A stretch of 43,712 nucleotides of DNA from Halocafeteria seosinensis (GCA_001687465.1 LVLI01000918.1:1-43712); one strand, 5' to 3'. Positions 1 to 12,595 are shown, counted from the first letter of the stretch. Numbers and translations are program-made. The notes: generated by a model from the letters alone, not told the origin.

Positions 1-194
1 AACGCGGCCAACTTGCCATTCCTCTCCAGCAAAACCTTAGCGACGTACTCCATCTGGAAAATTGCAGGCCCCACCGGCACTCCAAGTACCTTAATACCAT
101 GCCCAGGCTGTTTGGCGTCAGCTACGGTGTCCTGCCCCAGAATGTCTATCCAATTATCACCAGACTCATCCTCAGGGAGGATCAACTGGGTCTT
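1..194 (-). mobile_element. Non-LTR retrotransposon (CRE/REL-type) reverse transcriptase fragment, motifs 6-7 into the thumb; runs off the window edge
   Basis: Manual minus-strand translation is open: KTQLILPEDESGDNWIDILGQDTVADAKQPGHGIKVLGVPVGPAIFQMEYVAKVLLERNGKLAA. 'K+..' followed by 'GI.VLG.P+G..F' is typical of CRE-like RTs. A diverged copy lies at 707-889 on the + strand. Confidence 0.75.
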
Positions 195-332
195 TTAGAG
201 CTTGCGCTGAGTCAGTATGTTTGCGTTCTTCGGGAAAGGTTGAGTTGTGGCTTGATGCATGCTAACAGCAACTTGGCTCATCGGTGGTTGCACCTTGTGT
301 TACCGGTAGCTAGTGGTGGAGTAGGTGGATAA
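195..332 (+). mobile_element. 3' end of a REL-type non-LTR retrotransposon ORF (helix after the endonuclease)
   Basis: LELALSQYVCVLRERLSCGLMHANSNLAHRWLHLVLPVASGGVGG* resembles the terminal 'RLS..L...N' helix of CRE/R2-group ORFs. Nucleotides 195-301 recur with high identity at 27798-27905. An A-rich tract follows (~349-375). Confidence 0.6.
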
Positions 333-706
333 TACAGTAGTGGTTCCTTTAAAAGAAAATAAATACACAAACAAGCAGTATGGGTAAGCGTAAAAGTTAC
401 TGCGGAGCTGCATCGACCCAATAGCTAAGGCACAAGTACCTTTGGCAGATGCGCAGCTCAGAACTGTCTGTATGGGAACAAAAGCGTCGTCTGCCAGAGC
501 TGGCTCTGATGCATGAGAAGGCATCCTATTTTCAAGTGACAGAGGAGAATTAGGCTGAGTAAACACGGAGTACGAGTATACGAGACTTTGGATTCAGGGA
601 ACATGTCCTACCCCTTGTTACCCCGACTGAAAGTCCTTGTTTGATTCATTACATGAGCTTCAGTACATCTTGAGGTTTGGCGCTCACTGATGCTTACAAC
701 CGCTGT

Positions 707-889
707 GAAGTACCAGTGGGGACTGAGAATTTCCAGATGGAGTACGTTGACAACATTTTGCTGGAGAGGAATGGGAAGTTTGCCGCGTGGGAGAATGCTG
801 CAGTGCACAACGTGCCTCCGCAGGCTGTCTTGTGCTTTGTCGCCAACTGTCTGTCCCGGCAGCCCAATTGTATCAGAGTCACCAGATAA
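707..889 (+). mobile_element. Second, diverged CRE-like RT/thumb fragment
   Basis: EVPVGTENFQMEYVDNILLERNGKFAAWENAAVHNVPPQAVLCFVANCLSRQPNCIRV. Bases 707-790 are an imperfect reverse complement of 1-84. 'Q.A...+..CL' is typical of the CRE thumb. Confidence 0.7.
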
Positions 890-1105
890 AACGAAATCTG
901 TTTGTGGATGAAAATAATAATTTAATCCATTGGATCATTATAACTATCATCATCATCTTCTTCTTCGGAAGGTTCTAATTGAGTCTTGGATAATAATCTT
1001 AAAATCATAATTTCCTTTATTCATAATTAAATATTCAAATCTATATGATCCGAAATATCTACAATTGCGGGTTTTGGATCCCCCTTTTACACAAAATTTT
1101 TCTTA
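890..1105. other. AT-rich island (~27% GC over 901-1080) of unknown origin
   Basis: Hand count gives 48 G+C in 180 nt, against roughly half GC in the genes. The minus strand holds a short acidic frame, MILRLLSKTQLEPSEEEDDDDSYNDPMD*. Confidence 0.5.
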
Positions 1106-2996
1106 GTGGCTCCGTTGCGCGAGACCCGATGTTCAGCGGAGAAATCTAAAACAGCAGACCCTGAGACTGACCAATTCAATGTGACCCCTTTCTTTGGATT
1201 ACTGTACCTGTGTTGTGGTATGTGTAGTAGTCTGTCTCGACGATCAAATATTAGACACTGCCTATTAATGCACCCCCGAGTGTATTGTGCTGATTGCTGT
1301 AGCGGTTTTGCACTTCAACATGGATGCACTGAAAATATTCTCCCCTCGAAAACCGTATCCCTGGCGGTGTTCTAACCAAGGTAGTCACAGAAGTCAAAAC
1401 CTAATGGCAGCGTATTCAAACCGGAGCTTGTCGAGAGAGTTTAGACGATAAAAATTTCGATCCTGATTATTACAGTGTTTTCGGAGATTGAGTCAACCGG
1501 TTACCCGCTCTGTTAGTAGTCATTGTGTCGCATTAGATATATCAACACTATTTTCAGGCCCATCCACGCCTGTATAATCCTCATAGCACGCAGAATACTC
1601 TGGTTATGCGAGAACTGATGTCAAAGTCCAAATGGACGAAGTGAGAAGAACTTTGTTTTAAAAAGATAGCAGCTATGGAGAGGCGTGCGGTCTTAATCGC
1701 CCATCTCAGTAAAGTAGCAATGCTCGCTTTCCTGTGTCTCATCTGATACCCATCCAGACTCACAGTAAGTTGCACCCACCGTGCTGCCGGCCTGCATCAC
1801 CAGCACGATGTGCAAGTAAGAGATGGTCTTCGACAACTTTCCCAGTAGCTTCGCGATGTACGTACTCCAAAACAGCCATGAGAACGGAGAACATTCACGC
1901 TCTCCATGGAGATCTACACCAATGCAATCCAAACATACCATACCACCTACCTCCTGTACTAGAGAAAATATGTACCGGAACAGCTCCAACAAAAAAGTTC
2001 CCTGGCGTCTCCACCACTTACAGCAGAAGCCTCTTTGCAGTCTATGACGGTGACTCCAATGGGAACTGACTGTCCTCACTTATTCTATGGAGAGTCTAGG
2101 AACTCATCTCCGCCCTTCCGTCCAGTTTGTTTTCTAGTGGGGTTACGCTCCTGAAGGATTCCCTTCGAACGAAATGTACTGTAAGTTGTTCTCCTTTGGG
2201 TAGATCTGTGTACCGCAATGTGTTTCTTTGACAGTTGTTTAAGCCAGGGGCAAATCTGCACAACGTTGGCGAAAGCCATAAAGTCCACCGGAATGGTCCC
2301 ACATGTGGAGTCCAGTTGCAGCTCTACGAAGCCTCTTGAAATCCAGACGTTGGGCTCTCCTCGCACATGACGATTGTCGAATCCCAAGGATGCTTGTTTT
2401 CGACGTTCTGTGTGGTTTCAGAAATGAGGGAAATGGGAATGGATGAGCCCATGTAGGGTAAACGTGTCTTTCAAGGTTCAAAGCAAGAGAGCTCGCCTCC
2501 CACCAAGCGTCCATTGACAGCCAAGATGCATTCACCACAGAATGGTACCCTCAAATAATGGCCACTGCTCCCAAAAAACAGGTGTTGTGCCCTACAAACC
2601 ACCATTACATGTGCGTCTGCGACTACGAGTCGACTGTCTTTAGGATACGCTGGCTCTCTCGTGCCAAGTGGGCATGGGGCGTAACCAGGCTGACGACGTT
2701 GGGGATTGTCGGTGTCGCATACTACTCCTTGGCTGTGCGATTCGCCTGAACAGAAAAGAGGTGGACTCAATCGGTTCTCCTTTTGCCATACTCTTTCCGG
2801 AACGTCACATCAGTTTCTCTTTGTTTTACGGACGTACGTACGTACAGAGTGTTGGCGGACGAAGTGCCCTTTCGGCCCCGCACCGGCTCTTTCACCAACT
2901 GCCTGAGTCCGGGCCGGGCCCTCTGCCGGGACACCGGGAATCGATCACCCTGGGGTCAACAACAAGGTTTTTCTCGCCGGCCTGAGACGGACGAGT

Positions 2997-5900
2997 ATGC
3001 AACAAGCACAATCCCCTTCGGAATTGTTGCAGCATGGTGTATCGACGGATTCGTCAACGCGACTCCGGCGACGGCACGACCCACTTGGACGATTACAGCC
3101 TCAGCCGCATGGGTTTACCATGGAAGGCAGACGGAGTACGGCAAACGAGCAGTGTCATCTACATTGCTCCACGTGTGAGCAGCAAACGCTATTTCGGTCT
3201 CATCTACCGGAATCTGGAGCTTTTAGTGTGGGAAGCAATGAGCTGAAGTCATGTAATAGCTTGCTCTTGCTGCCTTGCACCCACGTCGGCCGAGCTGGTA
3301 AGCAACAACAACTGACAGCGTGTGTGAGTATTCTTTACGTCGTTGAGGCATGAATTTTCCTTCTTTGTGTGTGTCTCTGGAGACAGTGCTTGTGCCTGCT
3401 AATGGGGATACAATTAACGTTGGAAGAGGCACGAATACTCATATAACTAACTTACACATCAGCCGAGTACAAATCACCTTGAAGCTGACTGTCTTGGACC
3501 CCGAGGGACGCCGAAGCCTAGTTATGACCAATGTATGGTTACGTCTTAGGAGGCTTTTTGTTTGATATAATGTATCGTTATCTATATTGAACTGGTGGTG
3601 CAGAGAGGCAAGAATTCATGCCGAGTATTGAGTCCTAGACGACTCGCTCAAGCACGAGTTAGCTCGGGAACGACATGCCGGCTTCTTCCAGGAGATGTGA
3701 TAGAGCTGCAATACGACCAACAAGGATCTCATGCTTTCGCTGTATGTGCAGAACGCTTTTATTTATCAGTAGCTGTCCTGATGGAGAATATGGGTTTCTT
3801 CTTCCCTGTCATGCAGGTAGTTGAAGCACCGTTCGACGGATCACCGCGGCTGAGAAGTATGCCACTGGGGAGCAAAGCACCTGCAGAAAGTCTACCGGGA
3901 ACTCTGGATCCATTTGCTAGCCAAGATGGAGGTGAAATTTCGAGGGGGAACCAGCTAGAGGATACTTACACTGCGATCGTTCGCCAGAGCGTGTCTTTCT
4001 TGAATCCGATGGTCGAGGGCCAGCTTTCGTCGTCATTGGCCTCCGTAGAAAAACTACTGTTGTCCACGTCCTCTATGAGCTATGGCCTTCGGAATATTTT
4101 ATTAGGCCAATCCAAAGTGAATTCTTTGCCCAGTCAACTGCCTCGCTCCAATTCCTCGCAGCAGGGATACGAACCGGTCTCCCGCCTGGAAGAAGTCAAT
4201 TTACTGTCCAACGAGCAGGTCGCGAGATCCATAGACGTTATACTCAGAAGTGTTCATAAGGCCGTCGATGCATCACACAGCTCAACCCGTTCTTTAGATT
4301 CTGCTACGTACACTACTGGAAAGAGAAAAGCCGAAAATCGGCCGGAATCGGTGGACCCGTATGTTGCGCTGGACCCCAAGCGACGAAGAACTGGGCAAAA
4401 CTCAAAGTTTGCGAGGAAGAGCTCTCACATTAGCTGTCTACCTCCCGAAGTATTGAGAACAGTGTTTTCATTCTTGAATTTTCATGAGGCCGTTCGATGC
4501 AGCCGTACTTGTCACTCATGGTACAGCGGGACTTTCTCCTCTTCGAGTCACAAGGAAGTCGATTTGTCTCAATATTTTGCAGGAACCCTGACTCCTAACT
4601 ATGACATTTTCATGAAAATATGTAAACGTATCAATCCGCAGTTGCGCACCTTGTCTCTAGCGAACTGTAAATGGGTATGTACAGGTGATATTCTGTGTCT
4701 GCTTGGTCTGCCGGTTGGTGCATCGTTCCGCGGTAGTCAAGGAAGAGCGAATGGGGAAGCTGAAACACAAAGACTCCGATACCTGGAGTATTTCGTTGCT
4801 ATTACAACGGGGAAGGTCCTACCGAGAATGACGGGGAGGCAAATCAGCCAAGAGACCGATGGCGATAGCACTGAAAGTGACGGGTCCAGTGGGACAAGTG
4901 ATGTTGCAGAAGGTTCACGGCGAACCAGAAGGGGTAGGGCACTACGAGCGTCTCATCGAAGGGAACCAAGGGCCGATAGAGATTACGGGAACTACTCAAA
5001 TTTACCAGTTAGTGGACACACGTTAGCACGTGAGGAAGAAGCTATTCAGTACCGTAATGCGATGATGACTGTGAGACACAATGCTTCCCAACCAAATACA
5101 TGCCGCTATGACGAAGCGTGTAAGCTGAGAGGAGTGCTCGACCGAAACATAAGAAGTTATGGTGAGGGTGCTAAGAGAGCACTGCTAGAATTTAAGCGGG
5201 AAGCTGATGTAGAGCGAACTCACGGTGTTCCTGAGGGAGTTGACGTTAGTATACCAGAAACTGAGGAAGTGAAACAACAATACTTATTTTTGAAGAAGAT
5301 GTGTGAACTGAGTCCATCTGGTAGAGGAGCAGCCTATGCTAGTGTCTTGGAGGAAGGAGGCACTCTGGGGTACCGATATGTAAGTCCAGCTACGGACCTG
5401 TTGTTTCCATGGTATGCGATGGCGGAACTTGAACGAGCAGAGCGCATAAGCCGGGTTTTGTCAAGTGAACTCGAGCTCTCGGCCTCTTCGCGTTCTTCTG
5501 CAATGCGACGAACTGGTTGCAGCTGGATGAAAGCCGACGATATCGTTCCTGATACTTGTGACAACCATACATGTGTGTCTCACTTCTTACCAATACCAGC
5601 ACCCAAGCCTACGCCACCAGTAGGCTCTGTTGGTAGTGGTTTCCGAAGAGTTCCCGAACAGATGCCGGCGTATTTTGCTTCGTCGGTAGAGGCGCTGGAC
5701 TTGGAAGGTTGTCACCTCCTCCACTTAAGCAACATACCGCTTTTGCTGTGCTACTGTCCACAACTGCGGCGCTTGAGCCTTAAGTCATGTAACCAACTCA
5801 GCGAGAGAAGCCTTATTTGTGCAGTGAGGATGTTGGGATCCATTGAATCGCTTAACTTGGAATATCTACAAGCAGTATCTGACGATGTGCTGAGGACGAT

Positions 5901-6438
5901 TGGCTCATGTTGTCCTAATCTCAAGGAAATATGCCTGGCCGGCTGCCAAGACATTACAGATGACGGAGTTGAAGCTCTCCTGAAGGGATGCAGCGGGATC
6001 CGGAAACTTGGTGCCCGCGGTTGTCAGGAGTTGACAAATAGAACGCTGTACAACCTTGCTGCTGACTGTCCACACCTGGTTGTAGCGAACTTAAGCGGAA
6101 TTTCGTCCTTCACGGCCTATGGTCTGAGTGCGTTGGTGACGGAATGCCTTACCTTACGAGAAGTCCGTATTGACATGTGGCACTATCAGCAGCCACCCGA
6201 GATTCAGCAGAATGATCCTCGACCAGGAAGCACTGAAGACACCTCGGGGGAAGTGCCGACACAGCGCCGATCTTACCGCTCCATGCCTTCGTTAAAAAAT
6301 GCGCTAAGCTACTTGAAGGCAGTTATTCCTGAAGAAGATAATAGAAGGGCCAAGATACTCACATTAAAAGGTGAAGTTGATCTGCGTTCCTCACACGGGG
6401 GCACGAAACACCACAGAGTCCTTTCCAGCAGCGTCTAG
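2997..6438 (+). CDS. FHA-domain F-box/leucine-rich-repeat protein (spliced)
   Basis: Predicted introns 3298-3386, 3533-3603 and 3742-3816 join an FHA domain (TINVGRG..ITNLHISRVQ..RGKNSC..LLPGDVIEL) to the 947-aa ORF. F-box ISCLPPEVLRTVFSFLNFHEAVRCSRTCHSW at ~4430-4525. Cys-containing LRRs at the C terminus (CPQLRRLSLKSCNQLS, CPNLKEICLAGCQDITDDGV). Confidence 0.85.
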
Positions 6439-6662
6439 ACTACCCATTTGTGGTAGGACTGGAGTTCCACGCACTGCTCTGCTTTCAAAGAGTTGACCAA
6501 TTCGTCGGTACACTCATAAGCACACTCAAGATGCCTGTTTAGTTTTCTTTGAGCAAGTTGTCGACGTGCACGTATTAAGTCCCTGCAATGCGGATCAGCC
6601 CAAACTTCGGAGCGGGGAAGTTCGTCAACTCCGTGTCTGGCGTTCCTAGATGCCATCATCAT
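6435..6662 (-). CDS. Possible small helical protein (75 aa), function unknown
   Basis: ATG-initiated ORF fills the gap between the F-box gene and HIBCH. It is head-to-head with HIBCH and its stop overlaps the F-box stop in 'CTAG'. No firm family match. Confidence 0.3.
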   Translation of the reverse strand: MMMASRNARHGVDELPRSEVWADPHCRDLIRARRQLAQRKLNRHLECAYECTDELVNSLKAEQCVELQSYHKWVV

Positions 6663-6860
6663 CTAGTAGATGGTAGAGTGCAGTCCGAATTGTAGGTTAT
6701 AGGTTGAAATTTAGGTATATACCGTTGCATGTGATCCCTAGTGAAGGAATAGACTTCTGGGGTGATTTTTTACTTCCTTCCTGTTTGTGTACATTTGCAA
6801 GACCGCGTGTTTTGTGTCTGTGTGTGCGACAGAACATTCCACAGTTAGTGCAGGCGAAAA

Positions 6861-8230
6861 ATGATGCAGTGTTTGAGTAGCCCCTCCATATTTGCGCGTA
6901 CATTGCGTGGGCTTTCTCAAGGTGCTTCGTACCCTTCGGCATTCGTGCGAGGGTTCTGTTCTTCAATGAGCGTCCACCAGTCTGAATCCGGGGGAGAACT
7001 CGCCGTTCCTGTGGATGTTCGGAAGCAGAATCACGCCCATTATATCACGTTCAATCGCCCCAAATCGCTCAATGCGTTGGATCTGGAGATGATCAAGACG
7101 CTGACTCCCCAGCTCGTGACGGTCAATAGTGATGAGGACACTGGGGTGGTGATCATGCAGGGTCATGGAGGGAAAGCCTTCTGCGCCGGAGGTGACATTC
7201 GGACGCTCTGGGATCATCGGGACCAGAAGGAAGGAACTCAAGTCCAAGAAGAGTTCTTTCGGAATGAGTATAGGCTTGATCATATGCTGGCGCGATCAAG
7301 CTCATTCAAACCATATGTATGCCTGTACAACGGGATCGTCATGGGAGGAGGCGTAGGGGTCAGCATTAATGCCCCCGTACGGCTTGCCACGGAATCCACA
7401 GTCTTTGCCATGCCTGAAACAGGGATTGGCTTTTTCCCCGATGTAGGCGGATCCTACTTCTTACCGCGCCTGCGTGGTGGGCTAGGCATGTACTTGGCGT
7501 TGACAGGGCATCGATTGAAAGGATATGACGCCGTTGCTGCTGGTGTTGCCACCCACTACGTAAAGCCTGACAAAGTGGATGAATTGCTCAAAGCTTTGGA
7601 ACAAGTGGGGCCTAGCCACTCAGACAACATTGACAGTATTGTGGATCGTTATGCAGACCAGACTGCTATGGCAACCGCTGCGAAATCCGACATCGTGCGT
7701 GCCCGTAGCCTCATCGATCACGCTTTCACCAAGGGGAGTGTGGAAGCGATTATGGCAGAATTAAACGAAATGAAGCAGTCCGATGATGAATTTACAGCAG
7801 AATGGGCTACCAAGACCATAAAGACATTAAACAAGATGTCCCCAACCAGTTTGAAAGTGACCCATGAACAATTAGAGCGTGGAAAGAATTTGACACTGGA
7901 TGAGTGCTACAAAATGGAACTGGCTTTGGCAACGAACTTTATGAGGGTAAGTTTTTCTGAGTGGTTGTGATTCATGACTCTGCAATAATTGCTTTGTATT
8001 GTTGTCATTTTTTGTGACAGGACAATGATTTCTACGAGGGTGTTAGAGCTACGCTGGTAGAGAAGGATTCTGAACCAAAGTGGATCCCTTCAACCCTGCA
8101 CGAAGTCGAGAAAGAGAAAGTTCAGAGCTATTTTGAGCTCCCCGAAGAGGTGGCCCCATTGGAACTTGAATCACCGACAAATCTAGTTCAAATGGGAGAC
8201 CTCTTTGGATCCAACGTTGATAGAGCCTAG
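6861..8230 (+). CDS. HIBCH: 3-hydroxyisobutyryl-CoA hydrolase, mitochondrial
   Basis: Crotonase-family motifs NRPKSLNALD, KAFCAGGDI, GIVMGGGVG, FAMPETGIGFFPDVG. Intron 7947-8020 leads to the final exon DFYEGVRATLVEKDSEPKW. The N terminus looks like a transit peptide. Confidence 0.95.
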
Positions 8231-8374
8231 AAACAGCATAACGTCGCATTCGGTACCGACAAATACACAAAACCAGTGAGATGTCTATTTCATGAAAAAC
8301 TTAACAGCCAATGGTAAGAAATACCAACAAATCAATTGAGTGAAGTGCTAGATAGATAGCTTAAAAAGACATAT

Positions 8375-9227
8375 TTACAATTGACCGCAGTCAACGATCT
8401 TGACAGGGGCACGAGTGGCTCCACTGCGAGAACCCTGCTGTTCGATCTTCTTGACGACATCAATTCCTTCAATTACACGGCCAAAAACAGTATGCTTTCC
8501 ATCCAGCCAATCGCACTTATCCAGGGTGATGAAGAATTGGCTCCCGTTAGTGTTTGGTCCAGCATTGGCCATCGAGAGATCACCGGCACCGGTATGCGGT
8601 AGTTGGAAGTTCTCGTCATTGAATTTTCCTCCGTAAATGGACTCACCTCCAGTGCCATTTCCAGCCTGCGGTAACACATCTTGATAGGTTTATCCAGGGT
8701 TGATTCCAAACAAAGATGAAAAGCCTAAAACCTACGGTGAAGTCTCCACCTTGGCACATGAAGCCTGGGATCACTCTGTGGAATGCAGATCCCTTGAAGT
8801 GGAGAGGTACTCCGCTATTGCCAGTTCCCTTCTCCCCAGTGCACAAGCATCGGAAGTTTTCAGCTGTCCGGGGGACAACATCATCCCGCAGCTGTATGGA
8901 AGGAAAGAATACCGGATACGGCTTCCACCCCCGGAAAGATACTTTGGAACAGCTCGTTGCTTACCTCCATGGTGATCCTACCAACAGTTTCATCTGCACA
9001 ATAAGCAGACAACACAGTCATGGAGGGTAGGCTAAGTTCGATGCGCATACAACCACGTGAATGAAGGATGTGGAACAATGCCCCTCCCCCTAGAAAACGA
9101 CAAAAAGTATCGAGCAAGATTCTAAGGGGCTCCTCAAGAGGCACAAAAAAGGGTGGTGACAAAGCCGAAGTCTTCACAACTTACCTCCTCCAATGCTGAT
9201 GTCAAAAAATACTCTTGGTTTCGACAT
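8375..9227 (-). CDS. Cyclophilin A-type peptidyl-prolyl cis-trans isomerase (4 exons)
   Basis: Spliced translation [107 protein letters not shown]. Confidence 0.97.
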
Positions 9228-10380
9228 GTTTGCGTTTCGTGCTGTCGCTTATTTCGGCTACCAAAGAATGTTTGGAACAGTAAAACCCTCTTTCCAATGT
9301 GTACGTATAAACCAATTCTTGGAAGATATTTCACTGAAGTTTCCCGAAAAGAGCCACTTCAGCGAACAAACAAAAGTGGGACTTGTTGACCAGATTATCT
9401 GGGTAATTTATCCAGATTCAGGAAGTCAGCCTGGCTCAGCCAGTGCCAGTGGCCCATTGGCAGTGGTGATAATGGCCAGGTCATTGATCACTGGCTTTGT
9501 TGACAAATTGCTGCCCACCTGGGCAAAGAAGTATTGGTCGTAGAGCAAGAAAGGGAATCTCTTTGTACTTCCGATGCAGGGCTGTTTGACTTCTGGTTTG
9601 TAATCAGCCATTGTCCCACTTCCTCTCCCTCGAGGACTACGAAATCACCTCAGCCCCAAAAGGAGGAAAACGTGGCAAGTGAATGCGGAGAACAGCCGCA
9701 GGAACCACTTGTCCGCTTGCCGCCTTCGGTATCATAAGTGGGGCATGTACCTAGTCTGCATCATCTTGTCTATGAGGCGTGAATCGCCGCATGATCAGCA
9801 TGTGGCGGGTAGCAGCTTAGCCTCAAATGGAACCGATACAACTTAATTACGCACAGCTCCAGATGGTGCCTGGGCCCTTGGGTTTTCTTAAAGTTCTCAT
9901 CACAACTACGTGGGCCGGGGAGAATACACTACACCAAGCACATTGACCACAACCGTTTAATTTGTAAGAGTAGCTGCTGCATCTCAGTAGAGGAGTCTGT
10001 TTATCAACATGAACACTTCTGAAGACCAGTGTAGAGTACGATGTGACCCGTGGGCCCGTTCTTTGGTTGAAGTTGCGAGCTTGCCGGAGACTGACACAGG
10101 ACGCATTTGCATTAGCATTGTTTTGTTGTCCATACGTGACTCTGTTGCCCCAAGGCCTTCTTGCATAGCTAGGACAGTGAGTAAAGGGGATAATGTAGCA
10201 GTTGGCGAGTCTTGAAAGAGGTTCTGTGCTGAATAGAGGGAAACAAAGAGGAGAGCCCCGTGTTGGCGAGGAATTTTTTCTGGGATTCAAATACGCGGAG
10301 ACCAGACAAGGGCTTTCTGAAGTTTGTATACGCTGTCTATTGGATACTTTTGTCTCAACAGAACAGTGGTGGTATAGACT

Positions 10381-12595
10381 ATGACGACATCCATGGAAAA
10401 CGGCGTGCAGACGCAAGATGCCTCTGTACAGCAGCAGCACCAGCAGCTTGTGAAATCTGTACGCAGTATTTTATCAGGCACAGCTGAGGTATGTGTTACA
10501 CTAAGAATTCGTATTGCTTATTGTTCCCCCATTCTTACCCGCTGATCCTCAATTGGTTTCCAGGCAACGCACGAAGGGTACTTGAAAATTATATCTGAGC
10601 TACAGAATGGCCATGAGCAGACTGTCGTACGCCTGCTCCGGGCGATTGCTGAATGTGTTGATATTATCGCAGCAAATTCGGGACGACATGGAACACTTTT
10701 ACAGGTCATTTTTGATCTGAACTGGCAGTACAGTGTGGCTGTACAGAAGGCCTACGTGAATCTGCTGTATCACTTACTCAGCGTTGACAGCTGCTTTATC
10801 AACTCAGTGCTGGTGTCATTGGTTAAGGGAATGCAACCAGGAAATGACGATGAAGAAAAAGACTTTACTGATGCAGATTGGAAGAAGGATACTCTTGCGG
10901 CACAAGCTGTGCCCTTACACAAAGAAGATTTAGACAATCTAACGGGCCAGAGTCCACACAAAGTCAGCCGTATAATAGTGCTGAGAACGTGTCGTGATAT
11001 CCAAAAGCTCATTCCCACATGTACGAGCCAAATTTTACGAACAGCAATTAGAGCATTCCCTCACAAATATCATCCCTCATGGAAGTTAAGGAGCTACACC
11101 AGAAGGTTTCTTTCGTTGGCGGAGGCTTTGCCTCTTTTGCGAGATAGAATAGTAACGTATGCAATCGAAAAGATGATAGATATGGATGTTGAGATTCGAC
11201 TGGAAGAAGTTCCTGATGAACTGCTGGACGACGATGCTGACATTGAAAACTCGGGTTTCACAAGCGAGCAAATTAAGCGCTTCAAAGCGAGTATAGCCAT
11301 GGCAGAAAAACTGGACGCTGTGATGGAAGAACTCATTATTTATTTGGATGAATTCTGTGATGCTTCCAGGGTATCTGCAGCCTCACAATCGAATGATGGT
11401 TCCAGTTTTGCTTCTTTACAAAGGCGACGGGATCACGTGTTTGCTCTTTTGCTTAATGTTTTCGAAAAGAGCATTCTACATACCCACAGAAGCAAGTACA
11501 CGCAGTTTCTTTTGTTCTATTTTTGTCGCCTCGGTTCGCGGCTTGCTGATATGTTCGTTGGTCGACTTCTACACCATTGTATTGAGGGAAATGTCGCCGC
11601 CGTAACTCGGCATGCGTGCGCAGCGTATATTGGCAGCTATGTGGCTCGGGCAAAATATCTGGAGCACTCTACCGTGCGTCAGACTTTATTCTACCTCCTC
11701 AAATGGATACATGCTCGTATCGATGAATGGGAAGCCGCGGAGCAGGAAGGCAGACCTATCTATATTGAAACAGATAACATATTTTATTCTGTATGCCAGA
11801 GTGCATTTTATATCGTATGCTTCAGGGCCGCCGAGTTTCAGGAATCATCTGAAGCGATCAAGTACCTTCAGTCTTTCTATTGGGGACGGGTAGTTTCATG
11901 TAAAGGAGACCCTCTGGAGGTATGTAATTATTTCTATAAGGGTGGCTTGTATAGCAGCCGTTGAAATTATTGATGCTTGGTTGTGTATGCAGCATTGCTT
12001 GGAATCTGTCGCGTGTGAGTTCATTAGGATAGCTGAAATTCTTCGGCTAGTTCCGAAGAAACAACTTGAACCCTTCCGACGAAGTGACAGTCCCACGGCG
12101 ATGCAACGAGATAGATCGGAGTCTGTGGAGAAGAATAAAGCAAAGCACGGGCCATTACATGGATTTTTTCCGTTTGATCCGTTCTTACTTAAACGCTGTA
12201 GCAACTATATTCAAGGAGAGGGGCTCTATCGATATTGGAAGCCTTTAGAAGACACAGATGCTCAAGATGATGCGTCATCTGACGATTCCGAAGATGAGGA
12301 TATGAATGGGCACAGGGAATCAATAGAAGATGATGGAGGCGGTAGCAAAGACTTAAGAGAGGCGGCAAATGATGGTATGCGATCTCGTCTGAGAGGCTTG
12401 AGCTTTGACGAAGAAGCCTACTACGCCACGTTGCATAGTCCCTCAAGGAAGAATGGCGTTAGGTTTCGGAGCATTAGCGATGAAACTCACGGGTCTGACC
12501 CTTACGATAACGATAATAATGAGGAGTTTGTTGGTAGTGGAAATGGTGTCCCTGGATGGGATGTCTTTCGGAAGTTGATGGGAGGGACAGAGTAA
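10381..12595 (+). CDS. RRN3: RNA polymerase I transcription initiation factor RRN3/TIF-IA
   Basis: Motifs EKLDAVM, ILHTHRSKYTQFLLFYFC, AAYIGSYVARAKYL, FYSVCQSAFYIVCFR, FFPFDPFLLKRC. Introns ~10489-10563 and 11920-11992. Confidence 0.93.

Noticed and set aside
2865..2990. GC-rich block considered as SRP RNA, RNase P/MRP or a ribozyme
   Set aside because: No diagnostic conserved motif could be matched. More likely the promoter or 5' UTR of the F-box gene.
8860..8885. Suspected frameshift in cyclophilin
   Set aside because: Recounting the G run (five) gives the intact VVPRTAENF frame.
9847..10440. 197-aa minus-strand ORF
   Set aside because: It overlaps RRN3 exon 1 in antisense, has a non-ATG start and shows no domain.
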